Source of the DNA: a virus
Length of the DNA: 64,000 nucleotides
Strand: one strand, 5' to 3'
Virus record (IMG/VR): IMGVR_UViG_3300029985_000017
Coordinates: 64,001 to 128,000 of that record
Below the pieces are notes generated by a model. The model was given only the letters and a program-made list of their open reading frames with translations, was not told the DNA's origin and did not search any database. A program made the position numbers and the translations under genes. Below, piece after piece: positions 28,465 through 37,408 of this stretch; the first letter of the stretch is position 1, and each line of letters starts with the position of its first letter.

Positions 28465-29524
28465 ACTGGTATGCCGCCACAGACCAGGCTAATCTATAAT
28501 TACTTGTTTCTAAAGGCATATTCCATGTAGCGGTAAATGTGCCATTTGTTTTTGCGGTTATAGAAATTGGTTGAAACATAGGTAAGCTATCAACTGTATT
28601 GACTAACTCTGCCAAAACTACATATAAACTGCTAGAAAATGCGATAGGAAAGGTAACCGTAGCAGAAGTATCTCCCATATTAAGAAGACTTTCTCCAACC
28701 ATTTCACCAGAAACACCGGGTCCAATCATGTAATCGAGCGAATAATTAGAAGAATCAAGAGGCATATTCCAAGTAAGGGTGCAACCAGTAGTCGTTTTAT
28801 TTGTAATAGTAATAGGTTGAAATTCTGGATCTGGATCAATAGTATTGACTAATTGCCCTAATATCACATAGTTAGCACTACTTTGTGGCGTAGGAAATGT
28901 TACTGTAACGCTGGTAGTGCCAATAGTAAGGGCTACTTCTTGTGCTACCCCTCCACCAGATCCGCCGCCACCACCTGAGCCTTCGAATTGATAAATATTT
29001 TGCTGAGTAATATTTTGGATAACTCCACCAATATTTTGCAAGGTAACATATCCAAAAGGCTGAGTTGCTGCATGTGGCTGTGGTACTAAGGCATTGGCTA
29101 AAACCGCATTAGGGGTTCCTACAGTGACATTTAGGTCATTAGACTCATCTATGGCTAATAGTACCTGTACGTAGTCTCCTGAAGGCAATGTGAGAGGGAA
29201 AGACCCACCTGTAGAGGTAGTTATATTGCCTCCAGAGGTAGAAGGGAAGGTTACGGTCCCACCAGAAAATATAGGAAGAGCCGTTCCAAGAAAAGAGGTT
29301 GATTTATTGCGACCAGATACAGAATTAGGTACTACACTAGGTCCGATATCGATTGTAAGAGATGGAGTTGAAGTAGCATCAATTTGAAAAGGAGGGGTAA
29401 GATCTGAGTTAATAGAGGCCATTAATACGTCAAGAGTTTGAGAACCTACCCAAGGGAATAGCTCTTGTAGAATTGCGCGATTAACTACCTGCCTATCGTC
29501 TAATGGTCTATAATCAATACTCAT
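28463..29524 (-). CDS. Virion fibre-associated protein with two tandem lectin-like beta domains
   Basis: Duplicated domain (VTFP...NT.D..P.FQPI.IT.KT...T.TWN.PL). The same domain ends the 1408-aa protein. Confidence 0.65.
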   Translation of the reverse strand: MSIDYRPLDDRQVVNRAILQELFPWVGSQTLDVLMASINSDLTPPFQIDATSTPSLTIDIGPSVVPNSVSGRNKSTSFLGTALPIFSGGTVTFPSTSGGNITTSTGGSFPLTLPSGDYVQVLLAIDESNDLNVTVGTPNAVLANALVPQPHAATQPFGYVTLQNIGGVIQNITQQNIYQFEGSGGGGGSGGGVAQEVALTIGTTSVTVTFPTPQSSANYVILGQLVNTIDPDPEFQPITITNKTTTGCTLTWNMPLDSSNYSLDYMIGPGVSGEMVGESLLNMGDTSATVTFPIAFSSSLYVVLAELVNTVDSLPMFQPISITAKTNGTFTATWNMPLETSNYRLAWSVAAYQ

Positions 29525-29539
29525 ATATCTCTTATATCA

Positions 29540-32500
29540 TTAGTTATTAGTGATTGCATGCCACATAATTGCATAATTAGCAGTTGCTGTTGGGAAATTC
29601 CATGTAAACGTAGCGCCAGTTGTAGATTGCGCGGTAATCACAATAGGCTGAAATTCTGGATTGGTGTCCGTAGTATTAAACATAGTTCCGGTAAGTGCAT
29701 AGCTAGTATTAGCAAAAGCAGTGCTATATGTAATAGAAATGCTAGTAGCAGCAGAACCAATGGTTACTTTTCCGGCATAATAAATCAATGAAGATCCGCC
29801 AGCAGCCTGCCAAGTAGGTAACGCGCTAGCGCCATTAGAGGTGAGAACTTGGCCTGAAGTACCTACACCAGAAACTTGCTGCAATGCGCCAGTAGAGGTA
29901 GTTCCGCCAGTCAAAACTGCATAGGCTGTTGTAGAAGAAAGTCCGGTACCGCCATCATCAACAGGCAATGCGCCTTGAACAACTGAATATGCGTAATCCC
30001 AAGCGGCTGCCGTAGTTAAACTTGTAGATATAACGGTTACCAATAACTGTGTATTGGCTTCCATGGCTTTAATGGTATTTGCACCTGACGATTGTACGGT
30101 TACTGTTCCAGTGGATCTATTCTGAATAAGGAATTGTTGACCCAATACTAGAGTACTGGTAACAGGAAGTACAACAGTTTGTGTACTGGTACCAGTAAAA
30201 TATTGTTCATATGTGGATCCAACTACTAGAGTTGTGGTTCCGGCTGCAGTTACAGTCGTTGTGTATCCCTCAATATGATTATTTGCTGATAGATTTTTAT
30301 TAGCATCCCATCCAGCCCAAGCCGAGGCAGCTGGGATAGTTACTACAGTAGCGCTACCAGTACCACCACCAGCCACTGGAAGAATTTGGAAACTAGGATC
30401 GCTACTTAATCCATTACTAACTAGAGGATAGCTAACAGTACCTGGACCAACTTCAGCGATACTTCCGCCTTCACCCACTAATACCGCATGGGCGGTAAGA
30501 GTATTCGATCCCGTACCACCGTTACCAACTGGGAGAATACCAGTAATAGCGGCGTTTTGAGCAAGATTTACTTGTCCGTACCCAGGAGTGGTAGCGCCCA
30601 TTACTAGAACTTGGTACTGAGATCCGGCAGCTAGCGTAGAAGGAGCAGTTCCGGCACCACCACCAATAATTAGTTGGCTGGCAGTAAGTAGAGCGCTGCT
30701 AGATAGTGCTGAAGTAGAGCTAAAATATGGAATACCACCGCTAGTTCCGGTAGTGGTTAGTCCAAGAGTCCCAGAAGAAGTAACTGGAGAACCAGTAACA
30801 CCAAAAATGCTGGTTGCTGGAACGCTAAGAGCTACAGAAGTCACTGTTCCGCTAGTAGCAGGTGCTGCCCATACTGGTACGCCTCCTGAAACTGTTAGTA
30901 CATTGCCAGTAGAGCCAATAGCCAATCTAGAAGCAACGCCAGTTGCGGATTCATAGATTGTATCGCCAGTAGTGGTCATTGGATTTAGAGCATTAAATGC
31001 AGAAGAAGCATTATTTTGGCCAGTACCGCCATGAGCAATGGCTATAGCTGTTCCAGCCCATGCACCAGAGGTAATAGAACCTACGGTAGTGAGGCTAGAA
31101 GCAGTCGTAAGACCAGAAAGAGTAGTTAGGGTGCTATTGGTCGTGGCTGTCAAAGAAGCAGATGCTGATCCTGGACCAGAGGCCGTTACGTCTCCGGTTA
31201 GGGCAGTAATATAGTTGCCAGATGCTTGCTTGCCGTTAAAAGTATTCCAATCCGTTGAACTCAAATAGCCATTAGTGGAGGTATTTGCTTGAGAAATACT
31301 TACCGTACTTCCAGTCAAAGAAAGTGGTGAATTAAATGTATATGCGGTAGGACCAGCAAATTCTGTAAATGTTGCTGATGGAACGGCTGCATTGGCTACA
31401 AATGAACTATCTTTATATATAGTGCCATTGGTAATTAACCATGCATCGCCAATAGCATTTGGCAATCCATTCGATGTTAGTGTATAAGAACTTCCAATAC
31501 CGCTTGCAACATACTCTCCATTTTGTGAGGCTGTCGTCTGATTACCAAGAATTACTAAATCGCCATTCTGTACAGAGTATCCATCGACAGTTAGAGTCGC
31601 TCCACCAGTTAAAGCAACATTGCTGGCAGCATATGCTTGAGCAGGACCCTTCCAGGTCAAGCCATTGATGGCGGCATCAACATATCCTTTTGTAGCGGCA
31701 TCGGTACTTAAAGTTGGTGTTGCCAATGCATTAATTTGATTTGATCCCATGTTGATGGCGCCAGACATGGTGCCACCAGCTAATGGAAGATAAATGGATG
31801 ACAAACTTGGAATATCAGCTGAAACCAAGCTTCTAAAGGTAGGTTGTGCAGCAGAACCAGTAGTTGGGCCAGCAAATACTTTATTCGCAGACTGTGTTTC
31901 AAGAGAAAATGTAAGAGTTCCACTGCTAGTTACAGGTGACCCAGAAATACTATAAATTGGAGTAGAACTTCCATCTGATAGCGCAACAGAAGTTACGCCA
32001 GTAGCAGGTGCGGTAGCCCAAGCTGGTTCGCCACCCACAACCTCTAGTACTTGACCGGTGCTACCGATAGCAAGTCTTACGTTGTGTGTGCCATTATAAT
32101 AGAGCATGTCTCCAGCAGTTGTTAAAGGAGATAGATTATCAAAAGCTCCTTGAGCAGTAGTAGCACCGGTACCGCTATGAGCAACACCAATGGTTCCGCC
32201 CTGCCAAATACCGCTGGTAATAGTCCCAATGCTAGACAAGCTAGAGGCGGTAGTCAGAGCAGATAGGGTAGTGAGTGTGGCATTGCTAGTAGCTGTAATG
32301 TTCGCAGCTGTGCCAGTAGTATTTTGATTAAGGGTAGGTACATCGCCAGCCTGAATAGCGCTAAGTGTAGCGTTTGTCCCATCAGAGCGGAGGTATTCAC
32401 CTGCGGATTGCGTGCCTGTTAGAGCGTTTATAGCAGCTTGTTGTGTAGTTTGACCAGTGCCACCATTGGCGATAGCAACAGTTCCAGTAACATTTGCTGC

Positions 32501-33766
32501 ATTTCCAGAAATATTGCCTGAAACTTGTGAACCAGGCAGAGATAAAGATGACAACGTAGTCAACGTAGAGTTGCTAGTAGCCGTAATGTTAGCAGCTGTT
32601 CCCGTAGTATTTTGGTTCCAAGTAGGAACAGTGCCGCTAAGTTGCGAGTATGGAAGAGAAAGTGATGACAGTGTAGTTAAAGTAGAGTTGGTAGTAGCAG
32701 TAATATTGGCAGCGGTGCCAGTGATACTTCCAGAAGGAATTACATAATCTGTGCCTGCACTGGCAGCGCTAATGGCAGTTCCATTACCCTTAAGAAGACC
32801 AGTGATTGAAGTGGTTAGGGTAATCGCTGGAGTAGTGGTAGCAGTTGCAACCGTACCAGCAAAACCATTGGCAGAAACTACGGAAACTGAAGTTACAGTT
32901 CCGCTACCAGCACCGGCAACCTGCCAAGTAGGCAAAGCACTAGCACCATTGGACGTGAGAACATACCCTGCAGTTCCAAGACCTGAAATTTGTTGCATTT
33001 CGCCAGTAGAAGTAGTTCCACCAGCCATTAAAGCGTAAGGGGTTAAAGTGCTAAGACCAGTACCACCGTCAATAACCCCAAGTGGGACAGGTCCGCCGCC
33101 GCTAGAAGCGCCGCCAACGCCCATCATTTGGCCGTCAACCCAAATTTGGGTCGTGCTCATCACAATACCAATTTTCATGTCGGCTTCACTACCACCAGTA
33201 GGAGCAGTCGTACTGAAAGCGCCACCAGAAGTTAGCCATACTGGATTACCAATTTGACCCGTACTAAAAGGGGTATCAGAAGATCCTAGTGTATAACCAC
33301 CGAAAGAATAAACGGTAATGTTTTGTCCCGCAAGCACGGTAACAGGAGAAAGAGCGATACCAATTCCCCAGAATTCATCATAGGAAACAGTACTATAGTC
33401 TGCTTTGTAAATTTCATCCGTACTTTCGCTAAGAGCATTCATGCCCCAACGAACAATAAAGGAAGTGTTTGCGGCGAAATTTTCGCCAGCAGTAAAAACA
33501 TTGGAAATAGCAGGACAGGAATTAACAGTAGACCAAGCTAAATTGCCCGATCCATCATTTTGTAGAAAGGATAGTGCTCCACCTTGAGTAGAAGGAAAGT
33601 AGATAGAGTATGGAGTTGTAGTGGCTGCAGTATGAAGAGTAATACTTCCAGCTGCAGAACCATCAATTTGTAAGGCAGATACGCCTAGGGTATTACCACT
33701 TACTGAAAAATCTATTGTTCTGGGGACGCCTTCAATAAGACTTAGAATTTTTGTGTAAACAGACAT
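29540..33766 (-). CDS. Long modular fibre protein (1408 aa)
   Basis: Ser/Thr/Gly-rich, with GGTG repeats, YLPLAGGTMSG, DAATKGYVD and TAANITATSNSTLTTLS repeats. Confidence 0.85.
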   Translation of the reverse strand: MSVYTKILSLIEGVPRTIDFSVSGNTLGVSALQIDGSAAGSITLHTAATTTPYSIYFPSTQGGALSFLQNDGSGNLAWSTVNSCPAISNVFTAGENFAANTSFIVRWGMNALSESTDEIYKADYSTVSYDEFWGIGIALSPVTVLAGQNITVYSFGGYTLGSSDTPFSTGQIGNPVWLTSGGAFSTTAPTGGSEADMKIGIVMSTTQIWVDGQMMGVGGASSGGGPVPLGVIDGGTGLSTLTPYALMAGGTTSTGEMQQISGLGTAGYVLTSNGASALPTWQVAGAGSGTVTSVSVVSANGFAGTVATATTTPAITLTTSITGLLKGNGTAISAASAGTDYVIPSGSITGTAANITATTNSTLTTLSSLSLPYSQLSGTVPTWNQNTTGTAANITATSNSTLTTLSSLSLPGSQVSGNISGNAANVTGTVAIANGGTGQTTQQAAINALTGTQSAGEYLRSDGTNATLSAIQAGDVPTLNQNTTGTAANITATSNATLTTLSALTTASSLSSIGTITSGIWQGGTIGVAHSGTGATTAQGAFDNLSPLTTAGDMLYYNGTHNVRLAIGSTGQVLEVVGGEPAWATAPATGVTSVALSDGSSTPIYSISGSPVTSSGTLTFSLETQSANKVFAGPTTGSAAQPTFRSLVSADIPSLSSIYLPLAGGTMSGAINMGSNQINALATPTLSTDAATKGYVDAAINGLTWKGPAQAYAASNVALTGGATLTVDGYSVQNGDLVILGNQTTASQNGEYVASGIGSSYTLTSNGLPNAIGDAWLITNGTIYKDSSFVANAAVPSATFTEFAGPTAYTFNSPLSLTGSTVSISQANTSTNGYLSSTDWNTFNGKQASGNYITALTGDVTASGPGSASASLTATTNSTLTTLSGLTTASSLTTVGSITSGAWAGTAIAIAHGGTGQNNASSAFNALNPMTTTGDTIYESATGVASRLAIGSTGNVLTVSGGVPVWAAPATSGTVTSVALSVPATSIFGVTGSPVTSSGTLGLTTTGTSGGIPYFSSTSALSSSALLTASQLIIGGGAGTAPSTLAAGSQYQVLVMGATTPGYGQVNLAQNAAITGILPVGNGGTGSNTLTAHAVLVGEGGSIAEVGPGTVSYPLVSNGLSSDPSFQILPVAGGGTGSATVVTIPAASAWAGWDANKNLSANNHIEGYTTTVTAAGTTTLVVGSTYEQYFTGTSTQTVVLPVTSTLVLGQQFLIQNRSTGTVTVQSSGANTIKAMEANTQLLVTVISTSLTTAAAWDYAYSVVQGALPVDDGGTGLSSTTAYAVLTGGTTSTGALQQVSGVGTSGQVLTSNGASALPTWQAAGGSSLIYYAGKVTIGSAATSISITYSTAFANTSYALTGTMFNTTDTNPEFQPIVITAQSTTGATFTWNFPTATANYAIMWHAITNN

Positions 33767-33811
33767 TTTTCACTCCACAGATAGATTATATCATAAGTCT
33801 AATAATAGAAT

Positions 33812-33837
33812 GGGGCCGCACCAAATTGATGCGGCCC
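33812..33837 (-). terminator. GC-rich hairpin, probable terminator or stabiliser after the 980-aa gene
   Basis: GGGCCGCA/TGCGGCCC inverted repeat. The U-tract is weak. Confidence 0.55.
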
Positions 33838-33852
33838 TCAACTATTTAATTA

Positions 33853-36795
33853 TTAAGCAACGCCCATCATTTGGCCGTTGATGAAGATGCTAGAAGTAGA
33901 CTCAATCATGCCAACTTTGAAGTTAGCATAACCGGAGGTAGAAGGAACGGTTGCGCTGAAATCACCAGCAGCCGTTAACCACGCTGGCTTCCCAACATCC
34001 CCGGAACTGAAGGCTGCATCTCCAGATCCAAGAGTATAGGATCCGAGAGACTGTACAGCAATCGGGCTACCAGCAGAAACGCCAGCGGCAGAGAACGCAA
34101 TGCCAATAACCCAGAATAGGTCATGGACAGACGTATCTTGATCTGCAGCAATTACGCGGCCTGCAACATAACCGGCATCAGAAGGAATCATCATTCTAAC
34201 TGCATAACTGGTGTTAGCAGCAAAGGTCTGACCAGCCGTGAACATCTGGATGTTCGCAGGAGCGCTTGCGATATAAGCAGGAGTCCCAGCACCGCCCAAG
34301 ATGGTTACTTGGTCAAATGCACCAGTCGCCAATTGAGTGGCTGATACGCCAGCTGCTTTGACTTCAAGTTGATTACTACCATTGATATCGATCGTAGAGC
34401 CATCGACTTGAACAGCAATTTTCGTACCACTACCACCGGTAACAGCACCGGTCGTAGAGAACGAAGTGGAGACGATCTTGTTTTCGTCTACCGAGTTAGA
34501 TGCCATCTTGCTGAGAGTGACCTTAGCAGCACCAATCGTAGTAGCGCCAGTATTATCGATCGTAACATCGCCAGACATCGCAACAGCAGTTGCAACGTTT
34601 GAAGCATTACCAACGAAGATATCAGCTGAAGCCAACGTAGAAGTTAACTTGCTATTGAAGGTTGACCAATCAGTTGACGATAAATAACCGTTATGGGTAG
34701 CATCGGCTTTCTGTTGAGCAATTGATGTTCCAGATCCAATAACTGCACCAGTTCCACCAGTAACCGTGATGCCGTCAGTGCCAGCATCGGTTAAGTTACC
34801 AAAAGAAAGGGCGTTTTGTTTGTTATTGAACGTAGTCCAGTCAGTAGAGCTTAAGGCGCCATTCTGAGAAGAACTTGCGAGTTGTAGGCTAAGGGCTTGG
34901 CCAGATAGGCTTAAACCATTAGCAGTTCCAATGGTTACATCGCCAGTGTTAGTTCCACTCGAACTCCCAGAGAAGTTTGAAGCAGAAATCGAACCAGAGA
35001 AGTTGGCTGCAGCAGCAGTGATCGTACCAGTGAAGGTAGGCGAAGCGCTGAATACAACGTTTCCAGTACCGGTCGTTCCACTAACAGTCGTTCCTTGGAT
35101 CTTAGCAACCGTAGTAGCTTCAGATTGTGATCCAGAAGCAGCTGAAGTTGTAACATCACCAGTTAACTGATTGATTGCATTGACAGTAACAGCACCAGTT
35201 GCACCATTAACAGAAACAACGCCATCAGCAAGAGGAGAACGCTGCCATGCTGTGCCATTATAGATGGCAAAGTCGCCAGCATAGAACTGTTCGCCGGTAA
35301 CTGCACCATTGCCAGCAACAGCAATGCCGTCTGCAGAAGCTCTGTATACATCACCATTAAGAGGCGTTGGATCAAGAGCAGTTAGGGTATTAACGGCATC
35401 TGTCGGATTCCATGCGCCTTTATAGGTCATCAATGCGCTAGGCAATTGACTATATGGAACCTTACCAGAAGAATCTAGGGAGGCAACGCCATTATTTTGG
35501 CCAAGCATCCCGGTATTAAGAGCGGAACCAGTATAGGTACCATCACTCAAACCAGTGATGTTATTGGACCCCATAGCGATATTGCCGGACATCGTTCCAC
35601 CAGCAAGTGGTAGATAGAGACCGTCATTACCAGCCAATTTCTCAATAGCTGAAAGGATGCTGTCCGCAGAGGTGACAGTACCAGGAGCAGCGGAGAAGCC
35701 GGTCAATACTTTAGCAATAACCGCAGCATTGCTTAGAGTAATAGCTCCAGATGCAACGATCGATGCTTCACCAGACATTGCAACGTCAGCTGCAAGATTG
35801 GAAGCATTACCAACCAAGATGTGGTTCTGAGTTAACGCAATTGAACTAGGCGTAATCGAAGGAGTCGCCCAAACTGGCAGCCCACCAGATACGGTCAATA
35901 CTTGACCAGTCGTACCAACAGCAAGGTTAGAATAGGTATTTGATGCGCTTGCATAGATCAAACCACCAGTAGAGGAGGCTGGAGCAAGAGCATTAAATGC
36001 AGCAGCTGCGGTCGTTTGACCAGTACCACCATGAGCGATGGCAACTGTAGTGCCATTCCAAGTACCTGACGTGATCGTACCAACACTAGACAAGCTAGAG
36101 GCGGTAGTCAGAGCAGATAGGGTGGCCAACGTTGCATTGCTTGTAGCAACTAAGCTAGTAGCAAGGCTACCGGCGCTAGTTGTAACATCGCCGGTAAGAG
36201 CCGGGAATTGCGAGGCTTGGAGAGTTCCAGTCAACTGAGTGGCTGGTAAACTCAAAGATGACAACGTAGTCAACGTAGAGTTGCTAGTAGCCGTAATGTT
36301 AGCAGCGGTTCCGCTGGTATTCGACGTAATGGTCGAAGGAAGATCAGCAGCAACCATTGCTCTAAAGGTAGGAGCTGCGGCAGATCCTGAACCTGGGCCA
36401 GCAAAGATGCTATTAGCCGCTTGGGTCTGGAATACAGCCGTCAAATTACCCGAAGAGGTAATTGGGGAGACCGTAACATTGAATACGCTAGAAGGAAGGG
36501 TTAAGCCAACGCTGGTAACTGAACCAGATGAAGGATTAGTCCAACTTAATACGCCAGTTCCGTCATTGGTAAGAACATAGCCGGAAGAAGCAGCCTGAGC
36601 AGGTGGTAAAGTTAAGGTATAAGTGCTCGTAGTGGCTGACGCATTTAAAATGACGTAACCAGACGTTGCACCATTAATTTCTAAATTCCCCGATAGGTCC
36701 AACCCGCCATTAAGGAGTAGGGTATTGGAAGCGCTGGAGAAATCAACGGTTCTAGGTACGCCGTTGATTAAACTTAATAGTTTTGAATAATTCAT
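33853..36795 (-). CDS. Modular fibre or decoration protein (980 aa), paralogue of the 1408-aa protein
   Basis: Shared N-terminus (Y.K.LSLI.GVPRT.DFS) and shared repeats. C-terminal capsid-cement-like beta domain. Confidence 0.8.
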   Translation of the reverse strand: MNYSKLLSLINGVPRTVDFSSASNTLLLNGGLDLSGNLEINGATSGYVILNASATTSTYTLTLPPAQAASSGYVLTNDGTGVLSWTNPSSGSVTSVGLTLPSSVFNVTVSPITSSGNLTAVFQTQAANSIFAGPGSGSAAAPTFRAMVAADLPSTITSNTSGTAANITATSNSTLTTLSSLSLPATQLTGTLQASQFPALTGDVTTSAGSLATSLVATSNATLATLSALTTASSLSSVGTITSGTWNGTTVAIAHGGTGQTTAAAAFNALAPASSTGGLIYASASNTYSNLAVGTTGQVLTVSGGLPVWATPSITPSSIALTQNHILVGNASNLAADVAMSGEASIVASGAITLSNAAVIAKVLTGFSAAPGTVTSADSILSAIEKLAGNDGLYLPLAGGTMSGNIAMGSNNITGLSDGTYTGSALNTGMLGQNNGVASLDSSGKVPYSQLPSALMTYKGAWNPTDAVNTLTALDPTPLNGDVYRASADGIAVAGNGAVTGEQFYAGDFAIYNGTAWQRSPLADGVVSVNGATGAVTVNAINQLTGDVTTSAASGSQSEATTVAKIQGTTVSGTTGTGNVVFSASPTFTGTITAAAANFSGSISASNFSGSSSGTNTGDVTIGTANGLSLSGQALSLQLASSSQNGALSSTDWTTFNNKQNALSFGNLTDAGTDGITVTGGTGAVIGSGTSIAQQKADATHNGYLSSTDWSTFNSKLTSTLASADIFVGNASNVATAVAMSGDVTIDNTGATTIGAAKVTLSKMASNSVDENKIVSTSFSTTGAVTGGSGTKIAVQVDGSTIDINGSNQLEVKAAGVSATQLATGAFDQVTILGGAGTPAYIASAPANIQMFTAGQTFAANTSYAVRMMIPSDAGYVAGRVIAADQDTSVHDLFWVIGIAFSAAGVSAGSPIAVQSLGSYTLGSGDAAFSSGDVGKPAWLTAAGDFSATVPSTSGYANFKVGMIESTSSIFINGQMMGVA

Positions 36796-36934
36796 ATTAT
36801 TTCCTTTTTACGTTTTTGATACGTCGGTTATTAATTATCGGCCAATCCGATACGTTAATTTTGTCCTTAGTTTATTTAAATTAAAGATTGTTTTTCTCTA
36901 TTGTTATATCTTGTAAATACCTGAAATTAAAAGA

Positions 36935-37396
36935 TTATAATATTCCGAAGTTCTGTGTGAATATCTGTAGATCTTGATTTAATGGATTATTTTCCCCTTT
37001 AACGATCACTCCACAAAAAACCATACTGTCTCCGGAGGTAAAAGGGGCTACAGGATTCCCATTAATATCCACGGGTTTAATGTTCTGTAAGGAACCACCA
37101 ACACTCATATAGATTGCATCTCCAATGGAAAAAGAGTACCCGCTCAAATTTTCTAGCCTACCGGTAGAAATTATAGGTCCTAGAGTGGCTGTGGGTATTC
37201 TAACATTAGCATAGCCTACAAAAGCTTGAACCGATGCCTGAGAGGTAACGTCGGTTAAACCTATGGATCCATCATTTTGGGTAGAGCAAGGGGCACCTTG
37301 AGGAATAGCTAAACCAGTGTTATTATAATAATTAGTTATAAGGGATACGCTTGATCCCGTAGACTGCCTTCCTGTAAAAATTGGGTTATAGCTCAT
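36935..37396 (-). CDS. Small capsid-cement/DUF2190-like beta protein
   Basis: NTGLAIPQG...VGYA...GDAIYMS..G.L...P...CGV pattern, similar to domains in the two fibre paralogues. Confidence 0.5.
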   Translation of the reverse strand: MSYNPIFTGRQSTGSSVSLITNYYNNTGLAIPQGAPCSTQNDGSIGLTDVTSQASVQAFVGYANVRIPTATLGPIISTGRLENLSGYSFSIGDAIYMSVGGSLQNIKPVDINGNPVAPFTSGDSMVFCGVIVKGENNPLNQDLQIFTQNFGIL

Positions 37397-37408
37397 TTTT
37401 TGACTCCA

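Noticed and set aside
29540-36795. Invertase or shufflon-type fibre switching
   Set aside because: The shared patches are direct rather than inverted repeats, and no site-specific recombinase is present.
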